24,000 bases of DNA. Origin: Albibacillus kandeliae (lineage in GTDB: Bacteria > Pseudomonadota > Alphaproteobacteria > Rhodobacterales > Rhodobacteraceae). Position numbers and translations under genes: made by a program. Below are positions 23,426 to 24,000 of this stretch, piece by piece. The notes beneath the pieces are model-generated. The model had not been told where the DNA came from. It made no database searches and was given only the letters and a program-made list of their open reading frames with translations. The DNA lies in assembly GCF_003116585.1 (NCBI RefSeq), contig NZ_QEHM01000003.1:24916-48915 (forward strand), given 5' to 3'. The stretch's first letter is position 1. Each line of letters opens with the position of its first letter.

Positions 23426-23455
23426 GGGCGTGCACCCGCCCGCCCGGGAATACGC

Positions 23456-23881
23456 ATGACGCCGCGCGGCCTCCACCGTTTCGCGGCCAGCACCGAAGCC
23501 GCCCGCGACGGGATCGAGCAAGTGGTGAACGCCCTGCGGCAGCACGGGCTGGGCGGAACGCCCCTCGCCGACGTTGAACTCGTCCTCGCCGAAGTCGTTA
23601 ACAACATCGTCGAACACGCCTATCGCGGCCGGGAACCCGGACTCGTCAGCGTCGCCTACGTGTTCGGCGCCTCGGGTCTGATCCTGACGGTGCGCGACAG
23701 GGGCGCACCCTTCACGGCAAACAGCCTGCCTGCGGGCCACGCGGTGGACCTTGCCCTGCCCCGCCACCAGCTGCCAGAGGGCGGTTTCGGATGGCTCCTG
23801 ATCCGCCGGCTGACCAGCGACCTGTCCTACGTCCGCCGCAATGGATTCAACCGCCTGCGCCTGCGTTTCGACGTTTCCTGA
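23456..23881 (+). CDS. anti-sigma regulatory factor, serine protein kinase (RsbW/SpoIIAB-like HATPase_c)
   Basis: 141 aa. N-box EVVNNIVEHA, G1-like DRGAPF, G2-like GGFGWLLIRRL. Lies 30 nt downstream of the STAS gene. Confidence 0.85.
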   Translation: MTPRGLHRFAASTEAARDGIEQVVNALRQHGLGGTPLADVELVLAEVVNNIVEHAYRGREPGLVSVAYVFGASGLILTVRDRGAPFTANSLPAGHAVDLALPRHQLPEGGFGWLLIRRLTSDLSYVRRNGFNRLRLRFDVS

Positions 23882-24000
23882 ACCTTTGAACCATTCGCAC
23901 AGAAACAGTGCCACCAAACCGAACGGATCGATTCCTGAAGCACCTACAATTTTCGCTGCCGCAAAAGCGCCTTAATCCCATCAAACTGATGCCTGAAACA

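Overview
High-GC chromosomal segment, roughly two-thirds G+C by eye. It looks alphaproteobacterial, probably Rhodobacterales, judging by a Hint-domain protein of the roseobacter type, the gene content, and TTGACN-N16-CTATNT-like promoters. I support about 25 protein genes. I found no rRNA, tRNA, CRISPR array, transposase or integrase. Content from left to right: THUMP RNA methyltransferase; a remodelled ribosome-maturation cluster on the minus strand (rbfA, DUF2233 glycosidase, Hint-domain protein, truB, DUF1643, rpsO), with pnp displaced about 6 kb away on the plus strand; dapB; an intergenic array of C-rich-box plus GC-hairpin repeats; SGNH lipoprotein; GT25 glycosyltransferase; an orphan helical protein; 1-Cys peroxiredoxin; aldehyde dehydrogenase; a ~0.8 kb low-GC islet; NTE-type cNMP-binding patatin phospholipase; a glyoxalase-related small protein; RluA-family synthase; NTF2-like protein; aminotransferase; GFA plus LysE exporter; GAF (fRMsr-like) protein; HSL-type esterase; and a STAS / anti-sigma kinase pair. 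The most unusual item is the low-GC islet (13.9-14.7 kb). It carries a lone BECR-fold (PBECR-like) nuclease-toxin-like gene followed by ~200 nt of structured non-coding sequence with its own terminator, and it has no protein immunity gene. Second is the set of accessory genes (Hint, DUF2233, DUF1643) wedged into and translationally coupled with the rbfA-truB-rpsO cluster. All functional calls rest on motif recognition by eye; no database search was run.
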